Position numbers and translations under genes: made by a program
In this document: one piece after another, positions 59,474-64,000 of the stretch
Numbering within the stretch: position 1 is the first letter of the stretch
Layout: each line of letters opens with the position of its first letter
The notes under the pieces: generated by a model
Database searches by the model: none
Told to the model about the DNA's origin: nothing
What the model saw: only the letters and a program-made list of their open reading frames with translations
Source: Polyangiales bacterium
GTDB lineage: Bacteria > Myxococcota_A > Polyangia > Polyangiales > Ga0077539
Reading direction: 5' to 3'
DNA: 64,000 bases
Assembly (NCBI GenBank): GCA_044229975.1
Contig: JBGARZ010000011.1
Location: 160,001-224,000, forward strand

Positions 59474-60286
59474 CTACGCCGTGCCGACGATCACCCGCGG
59501 GTGAACCACGGCGCCCGCCGTCCCCACCAGCCGCACGCCCGGCATCACGCACGCCACCACGAGCCCCTCGTCCGCCGGCTCGGCGCGCTCGCCTGCCTTG
59601 TCCATCGTCGCCGCGTTGAAGCGCTGCCCCACCTCGGGCACCACCAGGTCGCAGCCCGCCGCCGCCGCGGCCTTCGCCAGCGCCACCCCCTCGTCTGCCG
59701 TCAGCGCGCTCCGCACCGCGCTGCGCCCGCGCTCGCGCACGGCGCCCGTCAGCACCGCGTCCATGCGCTTCGTCTTCACCTGCCCGTAGCAACCCGGCGT
59801 CGCCTCCAGCGCGGCGCCGAGCGTCACCTGCGCCGCGTCGAAGAGGGCGCTCGCCTCGACGCCCAGCAGCGCGTCCACGAAGGCCCGCTCCGCCACGAAC
59901 TGCGCGTCCAACGACTGCACCTGCGCCGCCAGCGAGCGCGCCTCGTCCTCGCGGTCGGCGAGCTCGGCCTGCACCCGCGCGAGCTCCGTCGCCTGCGTCC
60001 GCATCGCGTCTTGTAGCTGGCGCGCTTCGAGGGTGTAGCGCTCGCGCTCGCCCAGCAGCCGCGCGAGCTCGGCGGCCTGCTGTGACTGCACCGCCCGCGA
60101 CGCGGCGAGCGTCTGCTCCAGCTCGGTGATGCGCGCGTCGTAGCCCGCGAGGTCGCGCGCCGACTGCGCGGTCGTGTACGCGACGTGCTGCCGGAGCTGC
60201 GCCTCGAACTGCGCCACCACGGCGTCGAGCTGCGCGCGGAGCGCCGCGGTCCAGGCCTTCGCGATGGGGTCGTCGTTGGCGGGCAT
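59474..60286 (-). CDS. Coiled-coil protein with GrpE-like C-terminal domain
   Basis: Long heptad region, then PEVGQRFNAATM...VVACVMPGVRL...VHPRVIV; TGATG coupling to the upstream gene. Confidence 0.75.
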   Translation of the reverse strand: MPANDDPIAKAWTAALRAQLDAVVAQFEAQLRQHVAYTTAQSARDLAGYDARITELEQTLAASRAVQSQQAAELARLLGERERYTLEARQLQDAMRTQATELARVQAELADREDEARSLAAQVQSLDAQFVAERAFVDALLGVEASALFDAAQVTLGAALEATPGCYGQVKTKRMDAVLTGAVRERGRSAVRSALTADEGVALAKAAAAAGCDLVVPEVGQRFNAATMDKAGERAEPADEGLVVACVMPGVRLVGTAGAVVHPRVIVGTA

Positions 60287-63018
60287 CACGCGAAGTAGGG
60301 TGCGAGGTTGAGGGGAGCGCGCACGGCCGTGCCGTCGGCGAGGACGAGGTGCACCATCACCGAGGTGGGCGACGACGGGCACAGGTACAGGCGACCCGTC
60401 GCGTCGAGGGGGATCTCCGGGCGCACCGAGATGATCCGCGGATCGTTGGCCCCCATCCGACCGGGCTCGTACTCCTTGGCGATGCGGAGGGGCTTCTGGC
60501 CGTTCCAGGGGCCGAAGTCGAGGTAGTGATCGCCGAAGGGCTCGGGGCTACGCGGCAGCGTACCCATCGGGAGGAGCGCCGTGAACTTCGGCGGAAAGCC
60601 GCGCAGGTCGCCCACGAAGAAGCTGAAGCCCTGCGCCGCGCGCACGAGGTGGACGTCGCGGTTGGCGATGCGAAGTGCGCCGAGGGCCACGGCGGTCTTC
60701 GGCGTCACCCCGATGATCTCGGCGCCGCGCTCGACCCGCGACGGCGTCTCGTAGCGAACTACCCCCTGCGGCGCGAAGTCATCCGTCGGGGTCCACACCT
60801 TGAGGTCGGGCGCGTCGAGCGCCTGCGCGAGGGCCCGCTCGACGTAGTCCGAGCGCGAGCTGTTGCCCGCCAGCAGGATCACCACGCCGCGATCACGCCA
60901 CCCGCTCGCGGGCTGCACCGAGCCGGCGGCGCCGGGCTCCCACGGGGTCGACGCGATCATGCTCGCAAGCTGCCGCGCCCCATCACGAACGCGCTCTTCG
61001 AGGTGCGTTCCCAGGCGCTTCTGGACGCCCGCGAGGTCGGTCTTGAGCGACTCCAGCGAGACCTCGGACTCGTCGAGCTTGCGAGCGACCAGCGAGTCGA
61101 CGCGGGCCATCTCGTTGGCGCGCTTGAACTTCACCTGCTCAAGCGCGAGGGCGTCTTGAAAGCGCACCTTGTTCTGTCGCGCCGCGAGCGAGCGCTTATA
61201 GAGCTGCGGCGAGCGCGCGAGCTTGTTTTCGGGGATGGTCACCGGCCGCTGCATGGGCACTTCGCGTGACTCCATCTCGGGCAGGTGCTCGGGGTGCTGA
61301 TGAACGAGCCACACGAGCTCGTGGGTGAGGTAGTCGCCGCCGAGGTGATCGTCGCCCGCGACCTGCAAGGTCTCGATGACGGAGGTGCAGCCCGAGGCGG
61401 CTTCTTCGTCGGGCGTCGCGGGGCGGTAGCGACCGCAGGCGATGTCGAGGGTTCCGCCGCCGAAGTCGAAGACGGCGAAGCGCAGCTCACCGAACTTCTC
61501 GACGAGCGGCGCAAACGCGGGGTGCGCCGCGAGCTCGGGGCACACCTCGGCGGCGTAGGCCTCGGGCTCGGTGGCCTGCATCTGGACGGTGACCTCTTCG
61601 GACGCGATGCCCTCGGGGACCGACAGCAGGATGCCCGCGCGCAGCTCCTCGACGAGCAGGGAGCGAGCGCGCTCGTCGAACTCGGCGGGATAGGTCAGCC
61701 AGTAGCGGAGGAAGACCTCTTGACCGGGCCGGTTGATGGCGCGGCCGAGGAGGTAGCCGTAGGCGCGAACCACCATGCGGACGCGGGGTTCGTCGAGGAG
61801 GAAGTCGGCGCGCTTCTCGCGGTCACGGAGCTGCGGCGCCTGGTCGAGCGCGAATACGCGCTCGGGTAACGATTTGATCTCGGTGACGACGGCGTTGGGA
61901 AACTCGCTGAGCTTCTCGCGCGCGGCGTGCGACGCCTGGACGACGCGGAGGAGGTCGGGGAAGCGCTCGCCGCGGGAGAGCTCGGCCCAGAGGCGCTCGT
62001 GGTCTTCGATGAGGAGGACGGTGGGGTTTTCGGCGGGGTTGGTGCGCGCGTCGGGCGGCGAGCCGAGGCGCATGAGCGCGCGATAGCCCTGGTGGGTGAA
62101 GGCCGCGACGGTGGCGGTGGTGCCGAAGTCGATGCCGACGCCGGAGAGGCGGCGGAAGGCGGCGAGCGAGGTGCGCGGGTCGCGCAGACGAAGGGCGACG
62201 GTGCGGGTCCAGGAGAGGAAGAGCGCGGGCACGTCGAGGCCGTCGAGGGGAGCGACGGCGAGGGGGTGGATGACGACGAGGCGCAGCGGGAGGTCGGCGC
62301 CCTCGGGCGGGACGGCGTCGCGGAGCGAGGGGTGCGAGGTGTCGAGGTAGAGCTCGGAGTAGGTTCGTCGGCCGCCGGCGCGGCGGGTGGCGTCTTCGCG
62401 AACGGCGTCGCCGGAGAAGGTCGGGTGCACGACGCGGAGGACGAGCTCGGAGGGCTTGGCGTCGAGGGTGAAGGGGTCACCGTCGGGCGGGCGCTTCCAG
62501 TCGGCGAGGAGGCGGAGGCGCCAGCGGCCGGTGCCGAGCCAGAAGCCCTCCTCGGGGTTTTGCAGGTCGGCGAGGGTGCGCTCGGGGCCGTTGACGAGGA
62601 GTGAGTCGGTGGCCTCGCGCAGCTCGAAGGAGTCGGGCGAGAGCGCGAGATTGGTGGGGACGAGTTGCAGACGCGCGAGCTGGAGCGAGCGGCCGTTGAC
62701 GACGAGGTCGACGCGGCGTGGATCGCCCGCGAGCGAGGAGAGCTCGGCGAAGGGGACGGAGAGCTCGACGTCGAAGGAGAGGTCGTCGCGAACGGTGGCC
62801 GCGACGGTGGCGGAGCGGGTGACGCGGTCGATGGCGAGGGCGGCGTCGAAGGGCTGCTCGCAGACGCCGGAGACGCGCACGACGAGGCGGGCGCCGGGCC
62901 AGGAGGGCGGCAGCGGGAGGCGCGCGGTGTGGAGCGCGTCGAGGAGGTCGGTGTGCACCACGAGGTCGGCGCCGTGGAGCTCGTAGGTGAAGGAGTCAAC
63001 GCGCACGGCATCGGTCAT
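60286..63018 (-). CDS. Divergent Hsp70/actin-fold ATPase with ~300 aa N-terminal extension
   Basis: GIDFGTT, TEPEAYA, VFDFGGGTLDI, GDDHLGGD, LAGNSSR, PKTAVALGA. Confidence 0.85.
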   Translation of the reverse strand: MTDAVRVDSFTYELHGADLVVHTDLLDALHTARLPLPPSWPGARLVVRVSGVCEQPFDAALAIDRVTRSATVAATVRDDLSFDVELSVPFAELSSLAGDPRRVDLVVNGRSLQLARLQLVPTNLALSPDSFELREATDSLLVNGPERTLADLQNPEEGFWLGTGRWRLRLLADWKRPPDGDPFTLDAKPSELVLRVVHPTFSGDAVREDATRRAGGRRTYSELYLDTSHPSLRDAVPPEGADLPLRLVVIHPLAVAPLDGLDVPALFLSWTRTVALRLRDPRTSLAAFRRLSGVGIDFGTTATVAAFTHQGYRALMRLGSPPDARTNPAENPTVLLIEDHERLWAELSRGERFPDLLRVVQASHAAREKLSEFPNAVVTEIKSLPERVFALDQAPQLRDREKRADFLLDEPRVRMVVRAYGYLLGRAINRPGQEVFLRYWLTYPAEFDERARSLLVEELRAGILLSVPEGIASEEVTVQMQATEPEAYAAEVCPELAAHPAFAPLVEKFGELRFAVFDFGGGTLDIACGRYRPATPDEEAASGCTSVIETLQVAGDDHLGGDYLTHELVWLVHQHPEHLPEMESREVPMQRPVTIPENKLARSPQLYKRSLAARQNKVRFQDALALEQVKFKRANEMARVDSLVARKLDESEVSLESLKTDLAGVQKRLGTHLEERVRDGARQLASMIASTPWEPGAAGSVQPASGWRDRGVVILLAGNSSRSDYVERALAQALDAPDLKVWTPTDDFAPQGVVRYETPSRVERGAEIIGVTPKTAVALGALRIANRDVHLVRAAQGFSFFVGDLRGFPPKFTALLPMGTLPRSPEPFGDHYLDFGPWNGQKPLRIAKEYEPGRMGANDPRIISVRPEIPLDATGRLYLCPSSPTSVMVHLVLADGTAVRAPLNLAPYFA

Positions 63019-63065
63019 GGCAGTGGGCGGGGGTTGTATCACGGTGGGGGGTGGCGGCTGGGGAT

Positions 63066-63120
63066 GGGGACGGACTCAGCTTTTCACCTTGCCGAAAGGT
63101 GAAAAGCTGAGTCCGTCCCC
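63066..63120. repeat. Perfect 25-bp-stem palindrome (REP-like)
   Basis: ggggacggactcagcttttcacctt-gccga-aaggtgaaaagctgagtccgtcccc. Confidence 0.9.
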
Positions 63121-63127
63121 GCCCCGT

Positions 63128-64000
63128 TCACTCCGCCCCCGCGTCCCCCGCCGTCCCCACCGTCGCTGCCGCCGTCGCTGCGCCCGCGGTCGCCCACTCG
63201 CGCAGCGCGGCCGTCGCCCAGCGCGTCTCCGCGCTCGCGCTCTCGCCCGGGTCCAGCGCCCCCTGCATCCAGTCCGACGCCCCGCGCGCATCGCCCGCCG
63301 CCCGCGCCCGCAGCCCCAGGTAGTACCCGGTCTGCCACTGCTGCTCTTCGCTGTCCGCCTGCGCGCGCACCGCCTCCATCGGCGACAGCTCCATCAGGTG
63401 CCGCGCCAGCACGTGCGCCCACGTCCCGCTCTCGCTCGCCCGCAGGTGATCCATCAGCTCCGCCCGATGAGGGTCTTCCCCTGCCCGTCGCAGCGACGCC
63501 GCCGCGCGCAGCAGCCACACCCGGTCGCCGCTCGCACCGCCCGCCGGGGTCTCCACCACGCTCCACAGCAGCTCGTCGAGCCGACGCTCGAAGGCCACCT
63601 CCGCGAAGTCCCCGCGCTGCCCCACCGCGACCTGCCCCTGCAACCACTCCGCGGCCGCCAGCTCACCCTCGCCCGAGATTCGCAGCCGATAGCGGTCGGC
63701 CAGCAGCGCCAGCGCCGTCGCGCCTTCGCCCTCCAGGTGCGCGTGGATCTCCGCCCCCACCGCACCGTGCCCCGGTCGGATCATCGCCCCCAGCAGCGAC
63801 GACCGCCGCATCACGTCGATGCTCCCGCCGAGCGCCTCGATCGCCCGCTGCCCCTCGCTCGCCGAGCGCCCCGCAAACACCGCGTCGAAGCTCCCGCCGA
63901 CGCTCTCCTCCCACGCCCGGTCGCTCATCGTCGCCACCCGCGACGACAGCGCCTCCGACGCGCCCGCCAGGTCGTTGCGCCGCCACCGCACCTCCGCCAG
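63128..64000 (-). CDS. TPR-like helical protein, 3' part only
   Basis: Frame open to the window edge; WQTGYYLGLRARAAGD...A..W NlpI-like TPR end. Confidence 0.7.
   Translation of the reverse strand: MAEVRWRRNDLAGASEALSSRVATMSDRAWEESVGGSFDAVFAGRSASEGQRAIEALGGSIDVMRRSSLLGAMIRPGHGAVGAEIHAHLEGEGATALALLADRYRLRISGEGELAAAEWLQGQVAVGQRGDFAEVAFERRLDELLWSVVETPAGGASGDRVWLLRAAASLRRAGEDPHRAELMDHLRASESGTWAHVLARHLMELSPMEAVRAQADSEEQQWQTGYYLGLRARAAGDARGASDWMQGALDPGESASAETRWATAALREWATAGAATAAATVGTAGDAGAE

Noticed and set aside
60286..63018. Calling this gene dnaK
   Set aside because: Too divergent, with an extra N-terminal domain and no canonical substrate-binding domain or lid.

Overview
High-GC window with a gene repertoire typical of Myxococcota (Polyangiales-like; inferred from a MYXO-CTERM protein, several Ser/Thr kinases, giant Cys-rich lipoproteins and FGE-sulfatase proteins). 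Core genes include guaA, an oppC/dppC permease, FadL-like barrel, NFACT/RqcH, mutY, priA, AI-2E transporter and Prx6 peroxiredoxin. Accessory or unusual modules: (1) a ~1.8 kb two-gene islet (restriction-endonuclease-fold protein plus helical partner) bounded by a 30-bp direct repeat of the oppC 3' end; (2) an orphan gene bracketed by ~240-350 bp inverted, hairpin-rich repeats; (3) a PtuAB/Septu-like ATPase+HNH pair with no retron RT, convergent on a lone ternary-system vWA-like gene; (4) an adaptor-like small gene plus a Zn-finger/coiled-coil/DUF3626-like putative effector with a late frameshift; (5) a divergent Hsp70-like ATPase translationally coupled to a GrpE-like protein. Several REP/REPIN-like palindrome families are also present. 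No rRNA, tRNA, CRISPR array, integrase, transposase or reverse transcriptase was recognised. Family assignments come from motif recognition by eye, not database searches, and some start codons are estimates.
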